A stretch of 64,000 bases of DNA from Lepidodermella squamata (GCA_047495785.1 JBLDXI010000073.1:434001-498000); one strand, 5' to 3'; shown: positions 37,652 through 60,753, counted from the stretch's first letter. Notes: a model not told the origin generated them from the letters alone. Made by a program: numbers and translations.

Positions 37652-40600
37652 TGGCCTTCAGGCGAATATTTTCCGCTATCCGCTACAAAGCTCCCAGATA
37701 TTGTATACTATTTCAGTTATAGCGACAGTGTCGAAAGGCGAGAGTTTTTATTTTTCCTTTAAATTTTAATCCAATCAGATACCAATCAGAATCAGAAAAT
37801 ATACAATACCTGATATTTTCATCTCAGAAATTAAAGACTCAGCCTCCTAGGCCGCTTGCGATGATGCTTTTGTGTGCCTATCAGGCCCATTAGCTATTAG
37901 CGCTAGTAAACTAATATTCGTTGATGAACAAAAAAATGTGAGTGAGAAAAAATATCGCATAACGCAGCACGCATGGAAAATTCGTGAGGAGCCTCTTTAC
38001 TAAATAAAACAAACTAAGGATGAAATTAAAAACATGAGAACAACATGGGTTCAAGTGAATATAGCACTTTCGCGCTTTGTGCGGTCAATTACGTGAGCGT
38101 TCATCTCCTTCAACCACCGGTATGTATAGTGGTTTAGCTCTTAACAACCAGCCGACCGCGCTTACGTTTGTGTCACATTAGCCGGGAGCATATAAAATAC
38201 AACAGAAAAAGTGTTGAATTCAACATTGGGCAAATTTGTTTAAGGATTGCTCAGGTCAATTTCTGCATAACATGACGCTGATACTATTCCTACTCTATGG
38301 TAATATCCTGAAATCACTTCATCAAATCATTCGGCTTGTTCCTCAAAGGTCTGTATGGGTCGAGCTTGGGATGTACGCCGAACGAATCTCAGAAGAAAAG
38401 CGCGGTAAATGATGGCGCTCGAATTGTAGCCCATCTCATGAAACTATTTTCCTAACCAGCTTTGGTGCTCGAATGGGGGAACTTTCGACTCGGCAAGCGG
38501 TTCTTGCATTTGCCCGCCTGGGTATGGCGGTTCCCAGTGCGAAAAATGTACGCAACTATCTTACGGAGATTCAACGTGCTAGTTTTTCCCGTTCGTCTCA
38601 TAGTTACGTGCCCCAATTGTCTCAACGGAGCAAGTTGCAGCGGCCCGAACAAATGTAGCTGCGCTTCAGGCTGGTCCGGCCAGAACTGCGAAACTTGTAA
38701 TGGAAATTAATCACTTATTGCCGTTAATATTCATCAATAACTAGCTAACTGCGTTGACCTACCCTGTCAAAATGGCGGAACTTGCGTCGGCGCTAACAAA
38801 TGCAACTGCACAGATCGGTGGATGGGTCTAAACTGTGGCACCTGTAAGAACAGGGTTCTTCAAGGTTTAAAAGTGACTTTAATTAGTCTGATTCAGCTGC
38901 TTGCTCGAAGAACCCATGCAAAAACGGTGGGACGTGCATTGGCTACAGCCTTTGTTCTTGCTCGACTGGCTACTCCGGTTCCGACTGCGGCAGTGGGTCA
39001 TTTCAAAATTCGAAGAATGATTATCCTCCTTGTGTATTCAAGTTTTCTGCAATCCGCCCTGTGCAAATGGTGGAATATGCCGAGCCGGTAATACATGTAG
39101 CTGCCCTGTTGGCTGGGCAGGATCGGATTGTACGACGCGTTAGTGCTATACAGAAATGCTGTAATTGATCTCATGAAAAAATTGAATCGCTATTCCACAG
39201 CTTCGTGCAACCCTGCGTGTCAAAATGGCGGGTCATGTACGAGCCAACTGACTTGCACTTGCCCTGATGGCTACACGGGCCTTACATGTGGAGTCTGTAC
39301 GTCGAAATAATTGTTGCCTCCCTCTCGTGAATGCTAACATTTCCCTTCAGTTACCTGTTCTCAGACTTGTGCGAACGGCGGTAGATGCTCGGGGCCGAAT
39401 ACTTGCACGTGCGCCGATGGTTGGACTGGAAAGGATTGTACCACACGTATTTGCCTTCGATCATTGTGTTAGTTCCTCTCAGCCCGAATCAATTTCAGCC
39501 ACATGCTCGCCGGCGTGTGCCAATGGCCTTCAGGCGAATATTTTCCGCTATCCGCTACAAAGCTCCCAGATATTGTATACTATTTCAGTTATAGCGACAG
39601 TGTCGAAAGGCGAGAGTTTTTATTTTTCCTTTAAATTTTAATCCAATCAGATACCAATCAGAATCAGAAAATATACAATACCTGATATTTTCATCTCAGA
39701 AATTAAAGACTCAGCCTCCTAGGCCGCTTGCGATGATGCTTTTGTGTGCCTATCAGGCCCATTAGCTATTAGCGCTAGTAAACTAATATTCGTTGATGAA
39801 CAAAAAAATGTGAGTGAGAAAAAATATCGCATAACGCAGCACGCATGGAAAATTCGTGAGGAGCCTCTTTACTAAATAAAACAAACTAAGGATGAAATTA
39901 AAAACATGAGAACAACATGGGTTCAAGTGAATATAGCACTTTCGCGCTTTGTGCGGTCAATTACGTGAGCGTTCATCTCCTTCAACCACCGGTATGTATA
40001 GTGGTTTAGCTCTTAACAACCAGCCGACCGCGCTTACGTTTGTGTCACATTAGCCGGGAGCATATAAAATACAACAGAAAAAGTGTTGAATTCAACATTG
40101 GGCAAATTTGTTTAAGGATTGCTCAGGTCAATTTCTGCATAACATGACGCTGATACTATTCCTACTCTATGGTAATATCCTGAAATCACTTCATCAAATC
40201 ATTCGGCTTGTTCCTCAAAGGTCTGTATGGGTCGAGCTTGGGATGTACGCCGAACGAATCTCAGAAGAAAAGCGCGGTAAATGATGGCGCTCGAATTGTA
40301 GCCCATCTCATGAAACTATTTTCCTAACCAGCTTTGGTGCTCGAATGGGGGAACTTTCGACTCGGCAAGCGGTTCTTGCATTTGCCCGCCTGGGTATGGC
40401 GGTTCCCAGTGCGAAAAATGTACGCAACTATCTTACGGAGATTCAACGTGCTAGTTTTTCCCGTTCGTCTCATAGTTACGTGCCCCAATTGTCTCAACGG
40501 AGCAAGTTGCAGCGGCCCGAACAAATGTAGCTGCGCTTCAGGCTGGTCCGGCCAGAACTGCGAAACTTGTAATGGAAATTAATCACTTATTGCCGTTAAT

Positions 40601-41399
40601 ATTCATCAATAACTAGCTAACTGCGTTGACCTACCCTGTCAAAATGGCGGAACTTGCGTCGGCGCTAACAAATGCAACTGCACAGATCGGTGGATGGGTC
40701 TAAACTGTGGCACCTGTAAGAACAGGGTTCTTCAAGGTTTAAAAGTGACTTTAATTAGTCTGATTCAGCTGCTTGCTCGAAGAACCCATGCAAAAACGGT
40801 GGGACGTGCATTGGCTACAGCCTTTGTTCTTGCTCGACTGGCTACTCCGGTTCCGACTGCGGCAGTGGGTCATTTCAAAATTCGAAGAATGATTATCCTC
40901 CTTGTGTATTCAAGTTTTCTGCAATCCGCCCTGTGCAAATGGTGGAATATGCCGAGCCGGTAATACATGTAGCTGCCCTGTTGGCTGGGCAGGATCGGAT
41001 TGTACGACGCGTTAGTGCTATACAGAAATGCTGTAATTGATCTCATGAAAAAATTGAATCGCTATTCCACAGCTTCGTGCAACCCTGCGTGTCAAAATGG
41101 CGGGTCATGTACGAGCCAACTGACTTGCACTTGCCCTGATGGCTACACGGGCCTTACATGTGGAGTCTGTACGTCGAAATAATTGTTGCCTCCCTCTCGT
41201 GAATGCTAACATTTCCCTTCAGTTACCTGTTCTCAGACTTGTGCGAACGGCGGTAGATGCTCGGGGCCGAATACTTGCACGTGCGCCGATGGTTGGACTG
41301 GAAAGGATTGTACCACACGTATTTGCCTTCGATCATTGTGTTAGTTCCTCTCAGCCCGAATCAATTTCAGCCACATGCTCGCCGGCGTGTGCCAATGGC
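37652..41399 (+). repeat. Apparently exact 1872-bp tandem duplication
   Basis: 37652-39523 equals 39524-41395 (identical ORFs offset by 1872), with TGGC microhomology at the junctions. Confidence 0.95.
38272..39641 (+). pseudogene. Copy E: truncated duplicate of F (signal + 7 EGF, then a novel read-through tail)
   Basis: The EGF8 exon is broken at 39527 and the frame continues ..CANGLQANIFRYPLQSSQILYTISVIATVSKGESFYFSFKF*. Confidence 0.8.
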
Positions 41400-44024
41400 G
41401 TTTGCAAAGCTGATAAAACTTGCGACTGTACTGGAACTGGTTACACTGGAACTCGGTGTGAAACTGGTACGTTTAATCTATGCTTTGCGATCAAATCATC
41501 TTTAATTATATGGAAATTCCGGTGTAAACGATCATTTCCCCTTGTTTTTGCAGCCGTGTGCTCCCCTGCTTGCGTAAACGGCGGAGGTTGTTCGAGACCG
41601 AACACCTGCTCATGCATCAACGGTTACACTGGGCCTACCTGTTCAATCTGTTTGTGATTTTGGTTGCCATTGAAATTTCAGGCTATATTAACTACTAATT
41701 CTACAGCATCTTGCTCGCCTGCTTGCTTGAATGGCGGAACCTGCAACGGCAATAAGTGCACATGTGCCCCTGGTTGGACAGGAAATGATTGCTCTATTCG
41801 TGAGTCTTCTTTTCAAATATCCCAATATCCTAATAGCCTCCAGACATTTTTTAAAACATTTTGAAATATTACTCTGTTTTGAAAGCTTTACATCACAACA
41901 AATTTGCTTTGTTTCTTTTTATGCGAAATTTCCCATTCATGCAACAAAAGCAAAGACCTCTCTTGGTCTTATACCGGGGTTCATTATGATAGCATTATCT
42001 CATGTAATAACGTGTATTCATTAATATTGCAGCTACTTGCACGCCGGCTTGTCAAAATGGCGGCACCTGCCTCGGTGGCAACGTATGCAAATGCTCGAAT
42101 GGCTACACAGGCTCAACGTGCTCAGATGGTATTGCAATAACAGACAAGTTGTTGGCAGCTTTTAATGATGATTTTCTCATGACGCAGCCGTGTGCACTCC
42201 AACGTGCAAAAATAATGGCCGCTGCACTGCGACAAATCTGTGCGCTTGCGACTCCGGATGGACTGGATCGGATTGCTCAACTTGTAAATCCTATATTCAA
42301 TTCCTCTGATAAATTTAATATTTTCCAACTCCTGAAGCGGCTTGCTCATCGCCCTGCTTGAACGGAGGAGCTTGTTCAGGAACGAACAAGTGTACTTGCG
42401 TTAATGGATACACTGGGGCAACGTGTGCTGCATGTGAGTCATCGCTTCATCGTTATTGCCCGTCCATCTAATACCCATCCTTGTCACCAGATACGTGCTC
42501 CCAGACTTGCAAAAATGGAGGTGTCTGCATATCCCCAGACAAGTGCAGCTGTGGTGATCAATGGACCGGAATCGACTGTAGCATTCGTAAGTTGAGATGA
42601 TTATTTTTTAAATTCTGAGGATAAAATTATGGCTGCAAATAATCAATTTTACTACAACTTTTCGCTGGAATATGCTTATCGAATATGCTGAATATAAAAT
42701 ATCATTGTCATTTCAGCCACGTGTACTCCAGCCTGTGCGAATGGCGGCATTTGCTCCTACGTCAACCTGTGTACCTGCGTGAACAACTACTACGGCTCGC
42801 GCTGCACGCAATGTGAGATTAGCAATAATTCGATTACATCCATACAACATATGCTTTGTTCTTCAGTTTCCTGCATTAAAACTTGTCAGAATGGTGGCAC
42901 CTGTACAGCCCCAAACACCTGCACTTGCGCTACTGGATGGAAAGGAGATGACTGCACTACACGTAAGGAGCTCATTTCAAAGCTTGGGCCAATCAACAAA
43001 CTTTTCAAACTTTTCCTAGCGATTTGTAATTCTCCGTGCCAGAATGGAGGAACTTGTATAGCTCCGAACACGTGCAAGTGCGACTCAGGATGGAGAGGGG
43101 CTACTTGCTCTCAGAGTAAGGAGTTTTATCAAGGGAAAACAATGGTGATACTTGATTCTACCCTACAGCTAAGTACTATCTCTACGGGTCCCAAGATACT
43201 TTTCGCGTCACTACGACTGGTTGCGAGACTCCAACTAGCCGCGCTGCTGTAATTTACTCGCAGAGCGAATGGGAGAAGGCGAAGATTAGCCTGGGGACAA
43301 GGAGTAAAGTTTGGATTGCACTATCGGCCGGTTTTCGTTGGATATACGATAACTCTCATGTTGAACTGTCAGATGCCTGGGGAAGTGGTGAGCCAAATGG
43401 CGACGGCAGTTGTAAGTTTTCAAGATGCCGCTGTCTCTTTTTTCACTCGCTTGCGTATACTGCAGGTATGGAAATAATAGCAAACTTCAATGGTCTTAAT
43501 GATTACGGTTGCACCCGAACTAGAGGCGTGGCAATCTGCCAGGACCCGGGCAATGTGAGAAAATTAGATTTAAAAGTAAAATAAGCCCGATTTTCGTCTA
43601 CCAGGTGAATGCCATAACATATTTGCAAAACACTTTTACTTGGGACGATGCAAAAGCTGCATGTGAATCAAATGGGCTGCGACTAGCTGTGGTTAAGACA
43701 ACGCCACTGGCTCGGTCGATAGCCAGCGCCCTGTACGCGTTACCTGGGCAGGCAGGATGGATCGGTGGCCGCCGCCCAGAAGGCACTAATTTCTACTGGT
43801 CGACAGGCGCCACGGTCACGCCGAGCAATGTCATTCCGCCATGGGCTCCAGGCCAGCCTGAAATCGACGTCACCAAGCAATGTGAGCTGATAATTTACCT
43901 GTAATAGTCGTCTTTTTCAACATAAATTTCCCGTTATTCAGGTGTGAATATTGACACATCAGGCCAAATGACAGTCGAAGGGTGCGGCTCCACGTACGAT
44001 TGTCTATGCGAGTATACAGCTTAA
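40144..44024 (+). CDS. Copy F: secreted 17xEGF + 2xCTLD protein (EPN in CTLD1)
   Basis: MTLILFLLYG|[18 protein letters not shown]; 23 exons; GEPNGDGSC and GQPE motifs; TAA at 44022-44024. Confidence 0.9.
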
Positions 44025-45899
44025 AACGGGAATACAGCTTGGAGACACTGGAAATCAGCTTCAACAGCTCGTTGCCTAAAAACAAAGACAGTTACAGCCT
44101 CCGATTTTAAATAAATCCTGATCAATTTTAAAATGGAGATCTCTAGAAATAATCACTAGAGTTGAGAGCGAAATCGTTACGCTCTGTGATGTTTTCGTAC
44201 CGTGATTTGAAATGTTGCGTCCCAGGTCGGATAATCTGGATCCTTGACTTAAAATGGGGAAATATTGGGGAACAATTTACTGAGAAATCATTGAATTCAG
44301 TACCATATTGTTTCAATCAGTTCCAAGTCCTCATATTGATACTCTATAACTCTAACCCAACCCTGACCAGTCAACTGAGAGCTTAGCCGGCAGTAGCTTA
44401 AGGTTTAAGTAACTTATACTTCGACTGGAAATGCTCCAGGCCTTATTGAAAATGTTTTGAAACGTGGGTTATCCAGCCAGGGACGCCCGGTCGACGAAGT
44501 AGGGACGATCCCTGACATCTCCCGGCATCTTCTTGACTGATTTGGTACCGCATTAGGATTTTCTCCTTGACATTCACCTGAAATTAGCAGAAGCAACCTG
44601 CAGTGGATAAATAATAGATTAGGATGCTCGAGGTTATGGGATTGCTTGAGGGAACGTTTTTGTTGTTCCATCTGACTAAATACTTTCCCACTCTCTGTTT
44701 TTCGTGCCTCAACCTCTCGAGGTTGGTGAGCCTACAAGTAATAACTAGTACCCAGCTCAAGAAGGTTAAGGCATTAAATAGCATTAAGCATATTTAAAAT
44801 GAGCAGCAAATTTGAAAACTTATGCATACAACGTAATATCCGACTTTTGAGACTTTAAACGAACAATAGGAGGGGTTTCCTACAATGCAGTCGTTCATCA
44901 CATGACTTTTTCAAGTGCGAAACTGCTATTCTATTCCTTTTCCAAAATTCATCGGTAAAACATACTTATTTGAAAGCCATCAGACTCCTATGTGCATCCG
45001 CGTCCTTAACAGAGCCGTGTTGGCGTGAAGCTGGTTGCCTAATCTGTAAACTTGAGCTCAATGCCCGAGCATTTGAACAAAAGGGAAATTTTCGCGTGCT
45101 ATTGTTTTTCTCTCCTTGAGAAGTGTTAAGCTTAAAGAAATTTTTCGTCCTGTCTGGCAGTGGCGTCGGCGTGCTCATCTGATAATTAAGAATCGCCGCC
45201 GGCCTGATCTTTAATATTTTTAAACAATAGGCTGGCGGCGGCGCTTGACTATAAGCTGAGCTCGAAATGGCAATTACTGATGCAATTAAGGGCAATATTT
45301 GCGCCAACGACGTCGGACAACTCGTGATTAGCACTTGAGAGAAATAACGTTATGGAGACTCCACTCAAGGAAAATGTTGTTAACTGTTAAGGCAAAGACG
45401 AAAATCGATGATTTACGATCAAGGCAAAAAATGAGCAAAAAATCGTCGCTTACACAAATTAAATCGCCATTTTTGAGCCACCCGCAATTACGCACTAGAG
45501 AATGACCAGTCGCAGGCTAACTTTACCGGTTTTCACCTTGTTAGACTCAACTAATCTCAAACCTAAATACATATTTAATCATTTGATTCGTTTCTTTCCG
45601 GAGGTCTAATAGAGGGGGGGGCATGGCTGGTTTTGCAGTCACAGCGACTGTCAGGGCGGGGTAATGCGAAAGTGGAAAGATCAAAACCTAACACCTACTC
45701 AGGCTTGAGAAGATTCTGCGTTTGATTTTTTTATACAACCGAAACAATTCAAGCTGATTAGCGCTTAGCTTGCCGTCTTTCTTCAATTTAAAACGCGAAT
45801 CAATGCAGTTTCATTGTCTCGATTCGAGGGGTTAATTTATTCATGCTTATAATCCACCATTAAAAATATACTTCGAATAATAATTGTAGGCTTTGATAA

Positions 45900-48390
45900 T
45901 ATACCGGGGTTTATTATTATGGTATCATCAATTTTAATGACCTTCCTTATTTATTATCCGTATTTAAAAGGATTAGCAGCATCCAAACATCTCTTCCATT
46001 CAAAAGTGAAGCTTTCCATTAAAAACAAGGAACTTTTTGTATTTACGATAATAAACCAGGGTTTATTACAATAGCATCATCTCTCTCTTAACTGCGTGTA
46101 TACATGTATACCTGCACGCCGTCTTGTCAAAATGGCGGCACCTGCCTCGGTGGCAACGTGAGCAAATGCTCGAATGGCTAAACAGGCTCGACTCAGGGTA
46201 GTGACTACTATTTATCCCCCAGCACAGCTTCAACTTTCTTTTTTTTTTATTTACGCAGAAATTTCGGCTTTTTTTATCACGGTGATGAGGTGCAGCCTAG
46301 GGCATTCACACTCTTTTTGAAGCGTTCGATGTCACACGTTGCGGGAAGCAAGTTTTTGGGAGTTCATTCCAGGTGTCTACCAATTTTACTAGCCGGTGGT
46401 AGGGCTCGATAGGCTTTCGCCTGTTATCCAAAGCAAATTTTGACACCAATGCCACTTGATGCTAATGACGATTTGCTGAAACGCGTCAGCTAGTTGTTTT
46501 GATCGGTAGCTCCTTGAAAAGGTCACGGCGTGCCTTTCTTGGCCACGATGATTTCGTACATATAAGACGTAGTTCCGACAAATCGCCGATGTTGGAGTGA
46601 CGGTAATTTCGTTTTCACAATCTTGCAAAAAAGGTTTTGAATGACTTCAGAATATCCGGTGATAAATGAGCCAGTGCCACCACAACTGTCTCGAGAATCA
46701 GCAATGCATGTCTTGAATGCATTCGCTCGAGTAAAACGGTGGATTTTTCCTGTTGCTGCTGCGACGCCTGCTCAATCTAGATCTGCGCGCCTTTCTTACG
46801 TCTGCCGCTGTTTGACCGCGCGTAGGCTAAGGTGTTATCGACTCTTTTCCGCGAGTCCATCGACACACGATGAGCTCCGGCCCATGAAACCGCCATTTCT
46901 TCTCCCTTCTGGACAGCCTCAATCGACGTATCGCCCAAGTTGAAATCGTCGGCGAACGTGTATGTCGTCGGCGGGAACTCGATTCTCCGTAAATAGCCGA
47001 GTAGAGAAAAAGCCACAAGGTTGGTCCCTACCTCTTACTTCCTTGGCATATCCCGGCAACTTCTTTATGTAGGCTAGAAGTGGCTCCAGCAACTAAAACT
47101 CGGAAGTATCGCTCAAACAGAAAGGATTTAATCAAGCACTGAACTTGGCCTTGTATTCCCGCTTCCCATAGGATTTCAAGCAATAGCGGTCGATCGACGC
47201 GATCAAATGCGCCACTAACGTCGCAGAGTGTCGCAGAGTGAACTCTTAACGATCTTTGAAAGCCGACACAATGTCGATTTCCGCCGCAAACCGTGTGTCT
47301 GTCGTGCCGCATCCAGTTATGAAGGCTGCTTGGTCTGGCGGAATGCGGAATAATACCGTTGGCTATCGCTGTTTTTAGAACTGCCGCAACTACTAATCGC
47401 TCCAGTGCTTTGCCGAGAATTTACCCAATTCCGACCGGTCTGTATTGGATTCACCAGATTTCGCCTTCTTTTTGTGGATTGGGCAAATATTCACAAGCCA
47501 GGTACCTTCTCGCTTCATTTTTTCCCAGAGGACTAACAGCGGGTCTGCGATCCAATCGGCTAGTTTTCGCAGGGGCGTTGGTCCTATGTCTCTCGGGCCT
47601 AGGGATTTTCCAAGCTGCAGCGCTTTCAGCTTGGCTATCATTTCATTCCTTGTGATGACTATGGTGGAGAGGATGTTGTTCGGTCGGCCGTCTTCTGTCC
47701 GTTTGTCGGTAGGTTGAAGTAGTTCCATTTTTCTGTCACCGGGTGAATGAGAAAAGGCAAAGATTGGGGTCATACATCAAAGTGTGGACTGCGCTATCGG
47801 CCGAAGTTTAGAAAATTTTACTCATTCTGTTTGAAATCGTTAGAAACATCAATTTAGCTAAATAAATTCAGCATTCAGATGGTCATGGTTTGTACCGGTA
47901 CAAAGGCCCTCTCATTTCTAATTAGGGTATGTAAATAAAGGTAAGGAGTGAAACGGTACCAACGGGACGAGAATCCGATTCTTATTCCCAATGTAATGGG
48001 CGCATGCGGGAATAAGGTTCTTATAAAACGCCGTTTTGCGCTTTATTCCATTAGGAATTAGGACGAAAATTGGCAGTATTGAGGACGAAAACACTTGTTG
48101 ATGCAATGCTGATAACTACGTCGAAGTATAGCCGGTAAGCGTCCCGATGGCAATAATTCTGCTAAACTGACTGAACTCTACTGGTCGACGGGCATTGCTG
48201 TATCGCCGAGCAATGTCATCCCGCCATGGGCTCCAGGCCAGCCGGAAATAAACAAAAACAAGCAATGTGAGTTGGCGTAATTTGTTTTGAATATACTTAT
48301 GCTGCTTCAAATGAATTACTGTTTCAGGTGTGACGATGTACACATTGGGTCAAATGACCGTGGAAAGGTGCACTTTGCGAATATACAAAC
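45900..48390 (+). pseudogene. Relic family member (EGF11 pseudo-exon, CTLD scraps, D-type CTLD2) interrupted by a LINE
   Basis: EGF11 remnant with a stop at about 46109-46197, a CTLD1 scrap at about 47780-47805, and deleted CTLD2 exons at 48057-48390, followed by a D-like 3' flank. Confidence 0.8.
46234..47775 (-). mobile_element. 5'-truncated, degenerate non-LTR retrotransposon (RT domain)
   Basis: ICPIHKK, DVSGAFDRVD…L, GICQGS, YTFADD motifs, with a poly(A) tail (T-run at 46234-46248 on plus). Confidence 0.9.
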
Positions 48391-49774
48391 GAGAAGAGCC
48401 TATGAAAGCCAGACTGAACAAGTTACGTGACGATATGCTTTCAGATTTCAGTTCTATTAGTATTACTTCCGCAGTTTCCCCCTTGAACCTGAATCTACAA
48501 ACATCGTTAACATCGTTGAAACATTCGGATTTTAGCCTTTTTACGTCAATTTGAAGGCCTTTGCTTCCTCTTCGTTCACGTAAATAAACGCTTTGATTTA
48601 AATCCGAGTTTTTAAATGGCATTAGGGTTTCAGGGTATGTATACCTTCACATTATACCTTAAATTGTGAAGTCGAAAAGAATCATGAGAGCATGCGGTAA
48701 AGCAGTGGTACAAAAAACTATTTCGAGTACTGCGGCGACACAATGCTCTAATCTCCAATGCCTTGCGACCTGAAAGAAAGCTCACGCCCAGCCGCGTTCG
48801 AGATCCATCGGCAGCTGCTTCAATTTCGTTTTCATTCTTGTCGATTTCTTATTCTAATTTACTATTCTAATTTACTATTTACTTATTCTAAAATATTGTT
48901 CCCCGTAAACCTTTCTCCCAGGTTCAATCAACAAACTCGAACGAACCAGCTCTGATTTCTGACTTACGGCGATCGATTGAGCAAAACTCATCTTCTTTTT
49001 TTGCGTCCCCACCGACATTTCGAGTTGATGATTCAGCTGAACATCTGTGACCCATGATGCTCCGTTCTTTTCTCATGGGTAGACAGTCTATACTCTTAAA
49101 TTTTTAGTAGCCCAATCAACAGCAGACGTGGTTTCCCTGGGACTTAGATTTGCAATTGTTAATAACTTGGGAACAATGCGATCTAACACGGCCGCAGATC
49201 TCAGAACAATCCGATGAATTTAATCCACAAATAAAAAAATGCTTGATATTATTGTCTTCATCCACACGAAAAAGTGAAGATCATGACGTTCGCTCTGTCT
49301 GCCGCGTGCTCATCTAATCATTGGGTTTCACGCCGGTATGTTGACGTTAGCTCTTAGCCACGCCAACAAACACCGTCGAGTGCTCTTAACATCTATTACT
49401 TGAGCATACTTTAATACAAAGTAATTAACGTCTAGACGGCCGACGCCCCTTGATTCGTATCATCGCCTATGTTATCTTTACTAAAACTTCGGCGGGTGCT
49501 TTGCTGTCACGAAATGTTTTTTTACAAATTCTATACGGCAATCAAGCTAATTGTCACCGGCTGACGGCGCTTGGCGCGTCTGCTGCCAGACTGAGAATGA
49601 ACTTTCAATTAAAAATACTATTCTTATTGTCTGCGATGCCCGACGCCTTATGATTAGCGTGGCCGCTCATATAACTGGGCGAAAATGAAGGTAGGTGCAG
49701 TATTACCCCGGCAAAAGTATAACGAAACCTCCATAATAAAGATGATGAGTTTCTCAGGACGATCTTCTGATTCA

Positions 49775-58030
<8,256 letters not shown>

Positions 58031-59125
58031 CCTGGAACGCGAGAAGCAGCGTGCAAAACATTCGAAAAATAACATCTTTCAGTTAAAAATTGCTTCAGTT
58101 ATTTTATGCTTGTTCTTGGATGTCTTTAATCTTCATGTTAATGAAAGCAAATAATTTATTCATCCGAATTGTTTGTTTGTGTATATATGTACATATTGTA
58201 CGTATTTGTTCCATAAAGGTTCGGATTAATCGCGAGTGTCTTTGAGACGGATGACAGATATATGAAATATTTCACATGCCAAATCGTCAACAATAAATAA
58301 TTACACATGTTCGTCTGTTTGAAACTAAATATAACTCGCATCATTGACTTCTATATTATTTCGTACGTGCTGGAAGTAAAGAAAGCAGATAATACACTTG
58401 AAAATTGTTTGTTCAGCATAGTGCGCAAGGTCACATTTCCTTTCAAGTTAGCTGACATTTTCGAGCCAAAACGTCTTCAGGAAGAAGGGAGAAGTCGTCA
58501 TGAATGATCTGAGGAAGCGAAAATGACCGAGCATTGATGTGGCCTCGTCGCGTCGCTGCCACCTCTGCCTGAGCTCCGCTTACCCTTTGATTTTTCGGTG
58601 GTTTGAACCCAATAAAACCGCTCACCAATTGCCTCTTGCTTAACATTAGCAAAGAGGCAACTTGCAGCGATTGTTCGGAATATCATGCGGAAGTTCAATT
58701 GGCTTAGACCATGACAAGGGTTGAATCTCTAGTAGCTACTTGAGAGGCTATCATTCGTGATTCATCAACCTCCGATGCAAAAATGTATCGAAATATTTTG
58801 GATATCACCTTTGGATTTTTTTCACCTTATCTACAAACAAATATGCGCCTTTACACCGTCTATCTCAGACGAACTGCCGTATTGACTGTGAAAAGTTTTC
58901 GTTCCATAGAAGATGTATCAACTTTTGGAATTCTTTAAAGCCTGAAACTATTAATTGTAGCTTTGAAAAATTTAAGATTGCCATTTCGTCGTCTGACTAT
59001 AGTAAATTTCTTACCTCGTCAGCGAGGCGCCGTTGATATATTTCAATGTATTTCTAATATGTATCAATTTTGCTTCATATTACCAATTGCTGTAATTGCT
59101 ACTGCGGTGCTTGCAAGACACTTTT

Positions 59126-59153
59126 AAATAAATAAATAATAAATAAATAAATA
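59126..59153. repeat. (AAAT)n microsatellite
   Basis: aaataaataaataataaataaataaata. Confidence 0.85.
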
Positions 59154-60753
59154 TTCTGGCTATCAGAAGCGATACTTTTCGAGGAAGACTTGAACTAAAG
59201 ACTTAAGTGGAGTGCTGATTTCTGAATTGGGCACCTCCTGATGTTGGCACCAGCTTTGCTAAAAGGCATCTGAATCGCGGGCAGCGGCTTTTGCTTACTT
59301 CTTGGAAATTCGAAGTTGCGCCAAACACTGCAAAATCAAGCAGCGTTGGAACGGGAGTAGACCAAGGTATAACCGGAATTATTTCCGGGAAAATCGCAGA
59401 GGACGGCTTCGGAACAGGTTAAGCAAAATTATCAGACACTAAACGACGAGGGCAGAGTACCCAAGATGCGAGAACCCGTTGGCTTTCCACAGATCCCGCT
59501 GCCTCTACGGGTGTGACTTCGCATTGAGATGGGTTTTGTTCAAGTTTACTCTGGACCCTGGAAATACAGATCGAGCCAGGGCCTACGTTTTGCGACTGGG
59601 AGGCGAGCGGAATAGACAGAACCATGGTCGAGTCTCAATAATTGTATTGCATTTCAGGAAATTGCATTTAAATTGACAACAATTGTTGGTAAATCGAATG
59701 TATATAATCCTTATTTTGACTTTCGTCCTACGATGAGACTCGAACAACATTGGTAGAGATGTTAACACAGCAGATGGGCCATTGCGAGGACTGCATCGCT
59801 AATCAGATAAAAAAGTGGGTCAACAGCGCCTCGGAGTCTTCGAAATCCATACTGATGCTCAGGTAGCAGGCTCTGACGAAGACATTTTTTAGCATCATGA
59901 CTGCCAGTTTTGTGAAGTTTCGCTGTCAGCAGTGACACCGGGCGGTGTGATTCCTGGAGCTTCCTGCCGGGTAAACTATCGAAAATTTTAATATTTGCTA
60001 TTATGCTGGAAGTTATTATGATACCGTACTGCCCGAATGCCCGAAAAGTTAGTCAGCCTCGTATAAAGGTCGGTCTCAAGTATAAGACGGGGTTTCGACT
60101 TGTTCTGAAAAAAATTAAAGGACATGCCTAACATTTCTGGCAGTACGGTATATCCAAACATCACAATCATCAGTCATCATTTTTCGGGTAAGGCTGAGGG
60201 TATGGGTGCTGCCTGGAAGTCAGTTCCTTATGAAAAACCTTGAGTATTGCCCGCTGGGGGGTTACAAAAAATGGTTGATATGCATAATTTAATCGTCCCC
60301 GTCCACACAGCAAAGTATCATAACACTTTCGCTTTGCCAACTAACTATCTCTGCGTGCTCACCTTATCATAGGGTTTCAACGCTTGTATAATATTGTGGT
60401 TCGTCAGGCTCACGAGCACCGGCCGAGTACTCTTCACTGGTAGTACTTCTAAAGCGTTCGTAGAAAAACGCAATAAAGAGTCGTGTGATTGTGTGGGCTA
60501 TGTATCATTACTAAAACTGCGGTTGGCATACTTTGTTGTCGCAAACAATTTTTTTCATAAAACCTCCACGGCAAGCAAGCTAATTAACGAATGGCTCCTG
60601 TCGATTGGCACTTGGTGACGCCGCACGGCTCATTAGCGTGGCCTCCCATATAAGTGGAAGAAACTGAAGGTGGGTGCATTATTGATACGGTTAAAGTATA
60701 ACGAAACCTCCAAATTAAAGTACACACGTTTCTCTGGACCATCTTATTATTCA

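Noticed and set aside
58100-60300. Possible unrelated gene or retroelement between G and H
   Set aside because: Only short ORFs, with no motif or splice pattern I can support.
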